A stretch of 58,048 bases of DNA from a virus (IMGVR_UViG_3300034128_000015:1-58048), one strand, 5' to 3'. Positions 29,293 to 39,810 are shown, numbered from the stretch's first letter. The notes: generated by a model not told the origin, from the letters alone. Made by a program: numbers and translations.

Positions 29293-31049
29293 TTGATCAG
29301 AACAGTCAGTTCTTCGCCATCCTTACGGCAGTGGGGGAGGCGAAACAGGCAAACGCTACCGCCCTGGGCCAGCCCTGGACCTTCTCGCAAATGGGAGTAG
29401 GTGATGCCAACAACACGGACCCTATTCCAAATCGGACCCAAACGCGGCTGATCAACGAGTGGCGCCGGGCAGCGGTCAATCAGGTGCGAACCGATCCGGC
29501 CAACCCGAACATCATCATCACCGAGCAGGTGATCCCGGCCGACGTTGGCGGTAAGTGGATCCGGGAAATCGCTCTGTATGACGCCGACGGCGACATGGTG
29601 GCGGTGGCCAACTGCGCGCCGAGCTTCAAGCCGTTGCTTCTGCAGGGGACCGGCAAGACCCAAATCATTCGGATGAATTTCATCGTCGCGAATACCGCGA
29701 GTGTCGTCCTGAAGATTGACCCGGCGATTGTCCTGGCGACCCGTGAATACGTTGACACTCAGATTGTTGAAGCCATGGCAAAAATGGACTTCAAACATTC
29801 GGTGTTGGTGGCCACCACGGCCAACATCGCCCTGAGTGGCGTGCAGACCATCGACGGCGTGCTGTTGCCGGCGGATGCGCGCGTGCTGGTGAAGGATCAG
29901 ACGGCAGCCAAGGAAAACGGCCTGTACGTGGTTTCTTCGACCGGCGTGTGGAAGCGCACCCAGGACGCAGACAGTAGCGTCGAGGTGACGCCTGGGCTGT
30001 TCGTCAGTGTTGAGACGGGCAATGTCAACGGCGACAGCGTTTGGCAACTGGTGACGGATGCGCCGATTGTCCTGGGAACCACGGCGCTGACCTTCGAAAT
30101 GATCGTTGGCCGGACCGGCGTCATCGCCGGGACTTACCGGAGTGTGACGGTCGACAAAAACGGTCAGGTGATTGGCGGCACAAACCCTACGTCCATGGCA
30201 GGGTATGGCATTACGGACGCCGTTACTAAACCGTTAGTTGTTCCTGTTGCAGCGTCAAAAGCGCTGGCGATTAATGAGTTGGGGGTGGTCCTAATTGACG
30301 CTAGTGCGGCGCCGGTAACAGTTACGCTGCCGGCCGCCGACGCGGGCCTGGGGGTTCGGGACGTACTTGTTCGCCGCATTGACAACGGCGGCAATCGCCT
30401 CGTTATCCAGGTGACCGGTACGGACAAAATCAAGTTTCACACCCATTTGCGCGCCGAGGGTTATCCGTTCTTTGTGCTGATGGGCGCCGGGGATTATTGG
30501 CACTTGCGCAGCGACGGTGCGGGAAGCTGGTTTCCAATTGCTCGCTTTGATGGAACGCCCGTGGGGCGTCTGGTATTCGAAACCACCACTGCTTTCCAGC
30601 CGGGCGGCTGGGGCGCTCAAAACGGTTTTATTTACAACCGTGCGGAATGGCCGTGGGTGTGGGATCACGCCCAGGCGTCAGGGATGCTGACGACCGAAGC
30701 CCTGCGCGCCGGCAAAGAGGGTATGTGGACCTCGGGCGACGGTGCGACGACCTTCCGTAGCCCTGAAGCGCGCGGCGAATTCATGCGGGTGCTCGATGAG
30801 TCGCGCGGTGTGGACGCTTCTCGGGTGGCGGGTAGCTGGCAGACCGGGACCAACATCACTGCCGACAACGGCTTATCGCCAACGGTACAGGGCATCGGTA
30901 ACGGCGCTTTGATCGGTGGTGACCCAACCAGTTTTTCCGGAGACATCTACATGATAACCCCGACAACAACAGGTAATTACGCGGCGCCGTACTGGAGCAT
31001 GACGCGCCCGCGCAACATCGCCTATCCAGGCCGTCTGAAACTGATCTGA
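29289..31049 (+). CDS. Tail fibre (gpH-like)
   Basis: ILT..G, MGVGD, WIREI, collar motif GDGATTF..P..RGEF.R. Confidence 0.9.
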   Translation: MIDQNSQFFAILTAVGEAKQANATALGQPWTFSQMGVGDANNTDPIPNRTQTRLINEWRRAAVNQVRTDPANPNIIITEQVIPADVGGKWIREIALYDADGDMVAVANCAPSFKPLLLQGTGKTQIIRMNFIVANTASVVLKIDPAIVLATREYVDTQIVEAMAKMDFKHSVLVATTANIALSGVQTIDGVLLPADARVLVKDQTAAKENGLYVVSSTGVWKRTQDADSSVEVTPGLFVSVETGNVNGDSVWQLVTDAPIVLGTTALTFEMIVGRTGVIAGTYRSVTVDKNGQVIGGTNPTSMAGYGITDAVTKPLVVPVAASKALAINELGVVLIDASAAPVTVTLPAADAGLGVRDVLVRRIDNGGNRLVIQVTGTDKIKFHTHLRAEGYPFFVLMGAGDYWHLRSDGAGSWFPIARFDGTPVGRLVFETTTAFQPGGWGAQNGFIYNRAEWPWVWDHAQASGMLTTEALRAGKEGMWTSGDGATTFRSPEARGEFMRVLDESRGVDASRVAGSWQTGTNITADNGLSPTVQGIGNGALIGGDPTSFSGDIYMITPTTTGNYAAPYWSMTRPRNIAYPGRLKLI

Positions 31050-31056
31050 GGTGTCT

Positions 31057-31626
31057 ATGAGCTTTATCTATATCGTGGGCTCTGCTGGCGCCCTGTCTGG
31101 GCCGGTGACCTTGCCGGTTGTGCCGGGTGTCGGTGTGCAGGTTCCAGAGAATACCATTGAGCTGGATGATGTGTTGCCGCCGTGCGATCCGGGCCGCGCT
31201 TGGGCGCTGGTCGACGGTGAGCCCGTGCAATTGATGGACAGGCGCGGCTTGGTCTATCAAACCGAAACTGGGGCAGCGCTTGAATGGTCGGCGCTGGGCG
31301 ACTTACCCGATGAGGTGACGTCGACGCCGTTTCCTGGGCCTTACCATGTTTGGCGCTTGGGTGCTTGGGTGCTTGATAAGGAAGCCAAAACCAGCGCGAC
31401 GGCCGCCCTGGTGCTGGCGGAGCGTGACAGCCGATTGGGGGCCTCCCAACTGCGCATCGCGCCGCTGCAATACGCGGTTAACTTGGATATGGCCACTGAT
31501 CTGGAGAAATCCGCCTTGCTGGACTGGATGCGCTACAGCGTGAGTCTAAACCGCGTTGAGCAGCAGTCAGGCTACCCGCTAGCCATCGAATGGCCGTCGC
31601 CGCCAGGTGTTACCGCCATGCCATAA
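31057..31626 (+). CDS. Tail fibre assembly chaperone
   Basis: IAPLQYAV.L..AT..E, I.WP..P. Confidence 0.85.
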   Translation: MSFIYIVGSAGALSGPVTLPVVPGVGVQVPENTIELDDVLPPCDPGRAWALVDGEPVQLMDRRGLVYQTETGAALEWSALGDLPDEVTSTPFPGPYHVWRLGAWVLDKEAKTSATAALVLAERDSRLGASQLRIAPLQYAVNLDMATDLEKSALLDWMRYSVSLNRVEQQSGYPLAIEWPSPPGVTAMP

Positions 31627-31730
31627 GCGCTCGGCACTGACGGGGCGTTTTCTTTTCCGTTACGCATAACACGAACATCCCTCACAGCCTCGCTTATGCG
31701 GGGCTTTTTCGTTTCTGGAGAATGAGCCTT

Positions 31731-32897
31731 ATGAGTTTCTTTCACGGCGTCACTACTTCGTTGATTGACACCGGCGCGCGCACCATCACGCTCCCGTCGT
31801 CCTCGATCATCGGCCTGTGCGACACCTTCACCCCGGGCATTCTTGGCGGCGGTAATGCCAAGGCCGGCGAGCTGAAGCTGATCACGTCCGAGCGTGAAGC
31901 CATTGCAGCGTTCGGTGCTGACTCGGCGATTACCCGGGCTTGCCAGGCGATCTATGTGCGGGCAAAGGCTGTGATCGTCGCAATTGGCGTCCCTAAGCTC
32001 GCTGACGCCGCGTTGCAAACGTCCGCCATGATTGGTGGTGTTCTGGCAGATGGGCAGCGCACGGGCCTTCAGGCGTTACTGGACGGCAAGAGCCGACACA
32101 ACGCCCAGCCCAAGTTGCTGATTGCCCCGGGGCACTCGGCCACCCAGGCGGTGGCCACCGCCATGGACGCCCTGGCCGGCAAGTTGCGCGCGATTGCCAT
32201 TGTTGATGGCCCGAACACCACCGACGAGGCCGCCATGGCCTACGCGCTGAACTTCGGCAGTAAGCGCATCTATCTGGTGGATCCGGGCGTGCAGTTCTGG
32301 AGCAACGTCGACAGCGCGACCGTGGATGCCCCGGCCTCGGCCTGGGTGGCGGGTCTGTTTGCCTGGACTGATGCCGAGTACGGCTACTGGGCGTCGCCAT
32401 CGAACAAAGAGTTCGTAGGCATCACCGGTACCACGCGGCCGGTGGAGTACTTGGATGGCGACGCAACGTGCCGGGCAAACCTGCTCAATAACGCGAACAT
32501 CACCACGATCATCCGTGACGGCGGCTACCGCCTGTGGGGTAACCGCACTTGTTCGGCTGATGCCAAGTGGTCGTTCGTCACCCGCGTGCGTACCTGCGAC
32601 ATCCTCATGGATGCGATCCAGGCAGGGCACAAGTGGGCCGTTGACCGCTCGATCACGAAAACCTACGTCTCGGACGTTACCGCCGGGCTTCAGTCCTTCA
32701 TGCGCGACCAGAAGAACTCTGGCGCGGTGATCAACTTCGAGGTCTACGCCGACACCGAGCTGAACACGGCCTCCCAGTTGGAGCAGGGCAAAGTCTTCTG
32801 GCGCATTCGCTTTACCGACGTGCCGCCGGCTGAGAACCCGAATTTCCTGATCGAGGTCACCAACGAGTGGCTGACCGAAGTACTTGAAGCAGCCTAA
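31731..32897 (+). CDS. Tail sheath (FI)
   Basis: FFHGV, SPSN, LWGNRT. Confidence 0.93.
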   Translation: MSFFHGVTTSLIDTGARTITLPSSSIIGLCDTFTPGILGGGNAKAGELKLITSEREAIAAFGADSAITRACQAIYVRAKAVIVAIGVPKLADAALQTSAMIGGVLADGQRTGLQALLDGKSRHNAQPKLLIAPGHSATQAVATAMDALAGKLRAIAIVDGPNTTDEAAMAYALNFGSKRIYLVDPGVQFWSNVDSATVDAPASAWVAGLFAWTDAEYGYWASPSNKEFVGITGTTRPVEYLDGDATCRANLLNNANITTIIRDGGYRLWGNRTCSADAKWSFVTRVRTCDILMDAIQAGHKWAVDRSITKTYVSDVTAGLQSFMRDQKNSGAVINFEVYADTELNTASQLEQGKVFWRIRFTDVPPAENPNFLIEVTNEWLTEVLEAA

Positions 32898-32909
32898 GGG
32901 GGCCGTCTG

Positions 32910-33413
32910 ATGATTCCTGAAATGTTGACCAACTGCGTCATGTTCGTTGATGGCGTGAGCTTTTCCGGTGACGTGCCGTCCATGACGCTGCCCAAGCTGT
33001 CGATCAAATCCGAGGAATACCGGGGCGGCGGTATGAGCGGCCCGGTCGACCTGCCCACCGGCTTGGAAAAGCTGGAAGCGGCATTCACCACAAATGGCGT
33101 GCGCAAAGAGTCGCTGAAGTTTTTCGGTCTGGCGGATCAAACGGCTTGCAACGCCGTTTTTCGTGCGTCGTTCAAGGGCCAGAAAGGCACTGTCAAAGCG
33201 GTAACTGTGACGCTGCGCGGGTCGCTCAAAGAAGTGGACATGGGCGATTGGAAGCCAGGCGACAAGTCCGAAATCAAGCACGGCATGGCCGTCACCTATT
33301 ACAAGCTCGAAATCGACGGGCGTGTGATGTACGAAATCGATTTTGCCAACATGGTTCAGGTGATCAACGGTGTTGATCAGTTGGCCGCTGAGCGTTCGGC
33401 CTTGGGCCTTTAA
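32910..33413 (+). CDS. Tail tube (FII)
   Basis: LPKL...EEYRGGGM, YYKLE, NGVD. Confidence 0.93.
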   Translation: MIPEMLTNCVMFVDGVSFSGDVPSMTLPKLSIKSEEYRGGGMSGPVDLPTGLEKLEAAFTTNGVRKESLKFFGLADQTACNAVFRASFKGQKGTVKAVTVTLRGSLKEVDMGDWKPGDKSEIKHGMAVTYYKLEIDGRVMYEIDFANMVQVINGVDQLAAERSALGL

Positions 33414-33424
33414 GGACTAATGAT

Positions 33425-33736
33425 ATGACTGATGTATCTCTCACCGATCCGCTGCCGTCCTGGCTGGCTCTGAGCGCCGATGGCGTTACCGTAACGCTCA
33501 AGTACCCCGCCAATTTCAATGGTGTGCTGACCGACAAGCTGACCATGCGCGCGCCCAGCGTCAAGGATGTGATGGCGGCCAAGGTGGCCGGCGGTGGCGA
33601 CTATGAAAAGATGGAACTGAACATGTTTTGTAGCCTGCTGATGGCTACCGAGGCAGAAATCACGTCCCTCAAATACAAGGACTACAAGCGCCTTTCGGCG
33701 GGCTATTTTCGCCTGGTTGAAGACGACGACGTGTAA
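33425..33736 (+). CDS. Tail assembly chaperone (gpE-like)
   Basis: MRAP.VKD, DY.RL; precedes the tape measure gene. Confidence 0.85.
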   Translation: MTDVSLTDPLPSWLALSADGVTVTLKYPANFNGVLTDKLTMRAPSVKDVMAAKVAGGGDYEKMELNMFCSLLMATEAEITSLKYKDYKRLSAGYFRLVEDDDV

Positions 33737-33848
33737 CGAGGTCACGCTTAAGGCGATGGCCAGGCGCTTGGCCAAAGAGACGGGTTTCTCTTCTGCCGAG
33801 ATCCTGGCGATGCCCTTCGATGTGATGGTGTGGTGGCTCACGGATTGA
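33708..33848 (+). CDS. gpE'-like chaperone extension (frameshift product, or own ATG at 33756)
   Basis: LAKETGFSSAEILAMPFDVMVWW in the +1 frame. Confidence 0.65.
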   Translation, partial: FAWLKTTTCNEVTLKAMARRLAKETGFSSAEILAMPFDVMVWWLTD

Positions 33849-33884
33849 GCCGCTGTTGATCTTCCCGACGTATAGGGCGCGCAC

Positions 33885-36374
33885 ATGGCAAACAAACTTG
33901 CTCTCGGCCTGGTCATTGGCGGGGCTGTCAGCTCGACGGTAGGGGCGGCGTTTAAGGACGTCAGCAACAAAATCAAGAAGCTGGAGGAACAAGGTTCCCG
34001 GGCGCGGGTACTGGAAAAAACCATCGGCGAGACCATGCGCCTGCGCGATGAATGGCGCAAAGCGCACATGGCCGGCGACAAGGGAGCCGAAGCTCTGCGC
34101 CGCAAGCTGGAGAACAATCTTGATGGCCTGCGCAAGCAGGGCGTGGAAGTGCGCAACCTGACCAAGGCCTATGCGGCCATGGGACAGGCGGCGACTAAGG
34201 CCGAGCTTAAAGCCAAGGGGCACATGCAGCTCGATGCTGGCAAACAGCAGATGAGAAGCAGTATTGGCCAGGCGGCGGCCGCCACGGCAGCGATGGCCAT
34301 TCCGACGAAGGTTAGCGCGGATTACGGCGCGATCATTCGTGACATTGCGATCAAGGCGAACATTGCCAACAAGCCCGAAGAAGCGCAGATGTCGAAAACG
34401 ATCATCGGCACGTCGCGTGATACTGGCATGGCTCGCAATCAGGTGGCCGAGGTGGTCAACGCCCTGGTGGGTGCCGGCATGGAGCTGGATAAGGCCCTGT
34501 CATATGCGCCAGTGGCGGCCAAGTTCGCGATTGGCCAGGGTTCGGACGGCGGCGAAACGGCCCGAATGATCAACGCCCTGGGACAGAACGCCAAAATCTC
34601 CGATCCGGTCGTGATGCAAAAGGCGCTGGAGGCCATCGCCTATCAGGGCCAAGCAGGCAGTTTTGAAGCGGCCGACATGGCGCGTTGGTTCCCTGAGCTG
34701 TTGGCGGGCATGGGCAAGATCGGCATCACTGGCATGGATGCGGTAACACAACTGGGCTCAATGCTTCAGGTGCAAATGAAGACCGCCGGCGGCGCTGATG
34801 AAGCGGCCAACAACCTCAAAAACTGGATGGAGAAAATCGGTTCTGGCGATACGGTCAAGGCCTACAAGGATGCCGGGATTGACTACCAAGGGTCGATGAA
34901 TACCGGCCTGCAGAATGGTAAATCCACCCTTGAATCCAGCTTTGAGCTGGCACAGAAGTACATTGCGGCAACGGATCCGAAGAAGGCCGTCGAGATGGCG
35001 GCTGCTACAGCGAAGATCAGTAAGGAAACTGACCCCGAGAAAGCCAAGGCCATGATTGCGTCCCTGGAGCAGGCTTTGCGGACTGGGGATCTTTTCGCGG
35101 ACATGCAGGTTAAGGGCGCTTTGACGGCCTACATGCAGAACAAAGAGCTGTATGCCCAGCTCAAGAAAGACTCGGCCAGTGCCACCGGGATCCTTGATAA
35201 GAACCTTGAGGAGCGCCGGCAGGCGTCAGCGCAGAAATGGGCGGAAATGGCCCAGGGCATGGACGAAGCCATGCGCGCCATTGGTGACGCGTTCCGGCCG
35301 GTCACTGACAAAGTGGCGGATGGTTTGACCTATGTTACCCAGGGGCTGGCCAAACTGTCGGACGAGTCCCCCCGGGTCGTGACGGGTATTGGCGCCGCTG
35401 TTGCGGCTGTAATCGCGTTTCAGACCGCTATGAGCGGATTCAAGATCGCGAAGGGGCTGCTCAACATTGGGCGCGGCTCGCTGATGGGCAATCCGAACAT
35501 CCCGCAAAAAGTCATTGTCACCAACATGCCCGTTGGCGGATCTGGTGGCATGGATTTGGGGGGCGTCGACGACGCTGGCGGCAAGGATGGAAAAGGTAGG
35601 GGCAAGGGCGGCGGCCGTGGTGGTCGAGGCCCCGGGCGCGACATTGGGGCAGGCCTGAAGGGGCCGGCAGTATTGGCCGTGATAGAGGCCGGTTTTAAGG
35701 TCAAAGACACTTACGACAACGCTGAAACCCAGGACGAAAAAGCCGAAGGCTATGGCGCGGCGGCTGGCGGACTTGCTGGCACGCTCGCCGGTGCGGCGGC
35801 CGGCGCGGCCATCGGTTCAGCGGTGCCGGTAATTGGCACCATCCTGGGCGGCCTGATTGGTGGCTATCTGGGGAGCTTGGGTGGTGATGCCCTGGGCGGT
35901 GCCATCGGCAAGTCGATGTTTGGCTCTGACGAAAGCAAGAAGGTCATGCCCGTGGCCGGTCCGTTGATGATGAAGGATGCCGGCAAGGACATTCCGCCAG
36001 TGCTGGGGGATATCGCCAAGTCGTTTGCGCCTTCGCGCACCGGGCCGCTGATGCTGACCAACCCAGGTCAAGGTGCTTTGTCGGCAGCACCTGGCGCTGT
36101 TAATCAGGGTGATGTCGCGCGGTCCATGATGATGCCTCAGGTCAACGCAGAAGCGACGGCCGGGCCACTCGCGGCGGCCGTGGTTGCGAAGGTCCAGCCG
36201 GCCAAGATCGAGCCCAAGGTGGACATTCACGCGCCTATCACGCTGACGGTGCAAGGCGACGTTAAGGATCCGGCCGAGCTTATGGCCCAGTTGCGGCCGC
36301 TGATGGAGCAGCAGCAACGGGAAATCGCCCAGCAGCTCGAAAACCGCAAGCTATACGACGCGCCGCATACCTAA
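33885..36374 (+). CDS. Tape measure protein
   Basis: 829 aa, Ala/Gly-rich helical, expected position. Confidence 0.92.
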   Translation: MANKLALGLVIGGAVSSTVGAAFKDVSNKIKKLEEQGSRARVLEKTIGETMRLRDEWRKAHMAGDKGAEALRRKLENNLDGLRKQGVEVRNLTKAYAAMGQAATKAELKAKGHMQLDAGKQQMRSSIGQAAAATAAMAIPTKVSADYGAIIRDIAIKANIANKPEEAQMSKTIIGTSRDTGMARNQVAEVVNALVGAGMELDKALSYAPVAAKFAIGQGSDGGETARMINALGQNAKISDPVVMQKALEAIAYQGQAGSFEAADMARWFPELLAGMGKIGITGMDAVTQLGSMLQVQMKTAGGADEAANNLKNWMEKIGSGDTVKAYKDAGIDYQGSMNTGLQNGKSTLESSFELAQKYIAATDPKKAVEMAAATAKISKETDPEKAKAMIASLEQALRTGDLFADMQVKGALTAYMQNKELYAQLKKDSASATGILDKNLEERRQASAQKWAEMAQGMDEAMRAIGDAFRPVTDKVADGLTYVTQGLAKLSDESPRVVTGIGAAVAAVIAFQTAMSGFKIAKGLLNIGRGSLMGNPNIPQKVIVTNMPVGGSGGMDLGGVDDAGGKDGKGRGKGGGRGGRGPGRDIGAGLKGPAVLAVIEAGFKVKDTYDNAETQDEKAEGYGAAAGGLAGTLAGAAAGAAIGSAVPVIGTILGGLIGGYLGSLGGDALGGAIGKSMFGSDESKKVMPVAGPLMMKDAGKDIPPVLGDIAKSFAPSRTGPLMLTNPGQGALSAAPGAVNQGDVARSMMMPQVNAEATAGPLAAAVVAKVQPAKIEPKVDIHAPITLTVQGDVKDPAELMAQLRPLMEQQQREIAQQLENRKLYDAPHT

Positions 36375-36383
36375 GGGGGAAAT

Positions 36384-37229
36384 ATGGAATCGCTGGCACA
36401 GCTACAGTCCGGCCTGAAGTATCTGGCCTCGGCCGGTGAAGCGGGCCGGCGCAGTATCGATGGCATGATGGGACCGGTAAATGGTGCCATCAGCGAAATC
36501 ACCGGCGCCGCCAATGAACTGGAGGATCTGCCGTTTATTGGTCCTGCGGTGGGGGCGAAGCTACAGCGAGTCATGCGCGGAATTTCTACGGCCCAGGCCA
36601 AGGTTGGGAAGGTTATCGCAACCTACAATCGTGCTTCCCGCGCCTTGTCGCAGATTGATGAGCGCATGGGCACGCTAAAAGAGCAGGCAGGGAGGGCTGC
36701 AACCGCTATCAACAAGATCGCCGGAATGATTGACCCGTCACTGGCCAACATCATTCCCACCGGTGCATTCGCCACGGATGCAACGCCGGCGAAAGAGGCC
36801 GTGAAGCCTTTCCCCCATCTGCTGATCATTCAGCCGCTGGATCCGAAGGCGCAGCCGTATTACTTCAACCTTGATACGGCGGCCTTTGATTCGCTGCGCC
36901 GCTCGACTGAATACCGATGGGCCTCCCAGGAGCGCCTGACGCGCCGGTCGGCCCAGCAGGCCGTGGGTATGGGTGACGAGAAAATCACGCTCAAGGGCGA
37001 TATTTTTCCTGGCTACCGTGGCGGGCTGGAACAGCTCAACACGCTGCGCTCGATAGGCTCCCAGCTCAAGCCGGTGACCCTGACAACGGGGTATGGCTTT
37101 GTGCTGGGTACCTGGTGCCTGAAGACCATTGACGAAGACCAAAGCGCGCTGATGCAGGGTGGTATCCCTCGCAAACAGGCGTTTACCTTGGAGTTAGTGC
37201 GCTATGGCGACGACATGCAGAACATTTGA
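36384..37229 (+). CDS. Tail protein (gpU-like C-terminus)
   Basis: YRWASQER, ITLKG, G.WC. Confidence 0.82.
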   Translation: MESLAQLQSGLKYLASAGEAGRRSIDGMMGPVNGAISEITGAANELEDLPFIGPAVGAKLQRVMRGISTAQAKVGKVIATYNRASRALSQIDERMGTLKEQAGRAATAINKIAGMIDPSLANIIPTGAFATDATPAKEAVKPFPHLLIIQPLDPKAQPYYFNLDTAAFDSLRRSTEYRWASQERLTRRSAQQAVGMGDEKITLKGDIFPGYRGGLEQLNTLRSIGSQLKPVTLTTGYGFVLGTWCLKTIDEDQSALMQGGIPRKQAFTLELVRYGDDMQNI

Positions 37230-37410
37230 CGGGGATCTGCTCGATACCATTTGCCATAACTTCTATGGCCATCTGGTGGGCAGTGTTGAGGCAGTGTTGG
37301 CGGCCAATCAGGGCCTGGCGGATGAGGATCAGCCTTACCGTGCTGGCGTGGTGATTGTCTTGCCGGATCTGCCAGGCCCTGTGGATGAGCAAGTGGCGCT
37401 GTGGGATTGA
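37204..37410 (+). CDS. Tail protein X
   Basis: GD.LD.IC..YG, ANQGL, LWD. Confidence 0.88.
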   Translation: MATTCRTFDGDLLDTICHNFYGHLVGSVEAVLAANQGLADEDQPYRAGVVIVLPDLPGPVDEQVALWD

Positions 37411-37504
37411 TTCAGTTCTATCGGCTGCGCCCTTGTTCCGTTATGCGTAACGCCTCCATTCCCTAAAGCCCGCTCAGTGCGGGCTTTTTATTGGCCAATG
37501 CCCT

Positions 37505-38554
37505 ATGACTCCACAATTTAGAATCGTCGCGAACGGTTCCGATATTACGTCGCTGATTAACGATCGGCTTTTGCTGTTGCGCACCACGGACAAGCCCGGC
37601 ATGGAGTCGGACGAGTTTGAGTTGCGCATTGATGACCGTGACGGCCTGGTGACCCTGCCCAAGCGCGGCGCCGGCATCGAGGTCTACCTGGGCTATGCCG
37701 AAACGTCCCTGGTGCGCCTGGGTCGCTATGTAGTCGACGAGATCGAGGTATCCGGTCCGCCGGACACCATCGTTATCCGGGGCAAGGCCAGCGACATGCG
37801 CGGCACCGGAAAATCCATTCGTAGCGGTAGCTGGGAAGACGTGCCGCTGTCGAAAATTGTTTCCGATATCGCGGCCCGCAATGGCTGGACACCGGCCTGC
37901 ACCATCGCTACGAAGGTCGCCCGGGCTGACCAGCTCCACGAGTCTGACTTCAGCTTTGTCACACGCCTGGCCAAGCAATACGACTGCACCGCCAAGGTGG
38001 GCGACGGCAAGTTGATGGTTATGCAGCGCCAAGCGGGCCTGAGTGCCAGCGGCAAGGTGATTGGCGCGATCACCCTCACGCGCAGCGACGTAAGCCGCTG
38101 GCAATTCCGCCTTGGCGACCGTAACGCGCACAAGACCGTGGCGGCGAAGCATCAGGACAGGAAGACGGGCAAGTTGTCGGTGGTTTCCCTGGAGAATGAC
38201 GACGTGCCGGACGGCCTGCCGGCAGTACACACCGACCGCCATATCCACCCGAACAAGACCGCTGCGGAATCCGCAGCCAAGGCGCGCTTGGCTGCGTTCA
38301 ACCGATCTACGGCTGGCGTGCGTCTGGAAATGCCAGGGCGCACGGACCTATTCGCGGAGCGCTCTATCAATGCTCAGGGTTTCAAGGTGGGGCTCGATGG
38401 CGAATATCTGGTGGACTCAGTCGAACAAACATTCACCCAAGCCGGCTGGTCCACCACCGTCGAGTGCAACGGCGGCAAAAAGGGCAAGACCAAAGCCAAG
38501 GGCAAGAAAACGAAGAAAGCCGCGAAGCCCGTCAAGGTTGTCAGCCTGGCGTAG
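37505..38554 (+). CDS. Late control D / baseplate hub
   Basis: DIT..I..RL, ESD.SF..RLA. Confidence 0.9.
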   Translation: MTPQFRIVANGSDITSLINDRLLLLRTTDKPGMESDEFELRIDDRDGLVTLPKRGAGIEVYLGYAETSLVRLGRYVVDEIEVSGPPDTIVIRGKASDMRGTGKSIRSGSWEDVPLSKIVSDIAARNGWTPACTIATKVARADQLHESDFSFVTRLAKQYDCTAKVGDGKLMVMQRQAGLSASGKVIGAITLTRSDVSRWQFRLGDRNAHKTVAAKHQDRKTGKLSVVSLENDDVPDGLPAVHTDRHIHPNKTAAESAAKARLAAFNRSTAGVRLEMPGRTDLFAERSINAQGFKVGLDGEYLVDSVEQTFTQAGWSTTVECNGGKKGKTKAKGKKTKKAAKPVKVVSLA

Positions 38555-38607
38555 CGTTCGCGCACCACAACCCCCGCTAAGTGCGGCTACTCATGTTAGG
38601 AGCTTGT

Positions 38608-39171
38608 ATGCCCATCACCCAGCAGCAGTTGCTGCAGATCCTCCCGAACGCCGGCCGCCAAGCCGGCGTTTTTGTATCCGCCCTAAACGCAGCCATGGCG
38701 AATCGAAAGATCGACACACCGAAGCGCCAGGCGGCATTCCTCGGCCAGGTCGGCCACGAGTCCGGCCAACTGCAGTACGTGCGTGAACTGGGGAGTGATC
38801 AATACCTCAGCAAGTACGACACCGGAACGCTTGCGGCCAAGCTAGGGAACACGCCTGCAGCCGACGGTGACGGCCAACGCTATCGGGGTCGCGGGCTGAT
38901 CCAGATCACCGGCTACGACAACTACCTGCGCTGCAGCTTGGCATTGTTCGGCGACGAGCGATTGCTTGGCACGCCTGAGCTGCTCGAGCAGCCGCAGTGG
39001 GCGGCAGAGTCTGCCGCGTGGTTCTGGTCGGTAAACGGGCTTAACGCGCTCGCGGATCAAGAGCAATTCAACACCATCACCCGCCGCATCAACGGTGGGA
39101 TCAACGGCCTGGAAGATCGCCTGCAGCTCTGGGGCAGGGCGAGGGCAGTGTTATGCGTCTCCTCGACCTGA
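38608..39171 (+). CDS. GH19 endolysin
   Basis: AAFL.Q.GHESG, YRGRGLIQITG..NY, INGG.NG. Confidence 0.93.
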   Translation: MPITQQQLLQILPNAGRQAGVFVSALNAAMANRKIDTPKRQAAFLGQVGHESGQLQYVRELGSDQYLSKYDTGTLAAKLGNTPAADGDGQRYRGRGLIQITGYDNYLRCSLALFGDERLLGTPELLEQPQWAAESAAWFWSVNGLNALADQEQFNTITRRINGGINGLEDRLQLWGRARAVLCVSST

Positions 39172-39695
39172 TCCCTGGGCAGTTCCGTATCGCTACTGTT
39201 GGCTTGTTGCTGGTGATGTTGGCGGTCGGCTCCGCTGCATTGGCCTGGACCGTTCAAGGATGGCGTTACGGCCAGCAGTTGGAGCGTCAGGCCCGGCTGC
39301 ATGCGGACACCCTCAACGAGTTATCACAAGCCTCTGCCGCCCTGCAGCGTACCGAGCAGGACAAGCGCTTTGCCCTGGAGCAGCGCCTGCAGAACAAAGA
39401 CCAAACCCACCACAAGGAATTGACCGATGAGCAAACGAAGCAGGCTCGTCTGCGTGATCGCCTGGCTACTGATGATCTGCGGTTGTCAGTCGTACTCGCC
39501 GCCACCGACGCCGCCAGCGGCTGTTCAGTGCCAGCCACCACCGCCACCGGCCGCGTGGTTCATGGCCCCACAAGAGCCCAACTTGACCCAGCGCATGCTC
39601 AACGAATTATCGGAATCACCGATGCCGGCGACCAAGGATTGATCGCCCTGCGGGCCTGTCAGGCCTACGCAAAAGAAGTCTCTACACCGAAGTAA
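39153..39695 (+). CDS. i-spanin (Rz-like)
   Basis: N-terminal TM, coiled coil, L.ACQ.Y. Confidence 0.88.
   Translation: MRLLDLIPGQFRIATVGLLLVMLAVGSAALAWTVQGWRYGQQLERQARLHADTLNELSQASAALQRTEQDKRFALEQRLQNKDQTHHKELTDEQTKQARLRDRLATDDLRLSVVLAATDAASGCSVPATTATGRVVHGPTRAQLDPAHAQRIIGITDAGDQGLIALRACQAYAKEVSTPK
39427..39642 (+). CDS. o-spanin (Rz1-like lipoprotein) embedded in Rz
   Basis: Lipobox-like ICGC, Pro-rich mature region, +1 frame. Confidence 0.8.
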   Translation: MSKRSRLVCVIAWLLMICGCQSYSPPPTPPAAVQCQPPPPPAAWFMAPQEPNLTQRMLNELSESPMPATKD

Positions 39696-39810
39696 AAGGA
39701 GCGACCGGGCAGGATGCGTCAACATCCAACCCGGCCACCTTCCTCGCAGAACGTCCCTGCAAGTCCAGCCAAGGCTCCTGCTTCGTGCACAAAGCGGAGC
39801 GAGCCTAGCA

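Noticed and set aside
29289-31626. Invertible fibre cassette or diversity-generating retroelement
   Set aside because: No invertase, reverse transcriptase or template repeat seen
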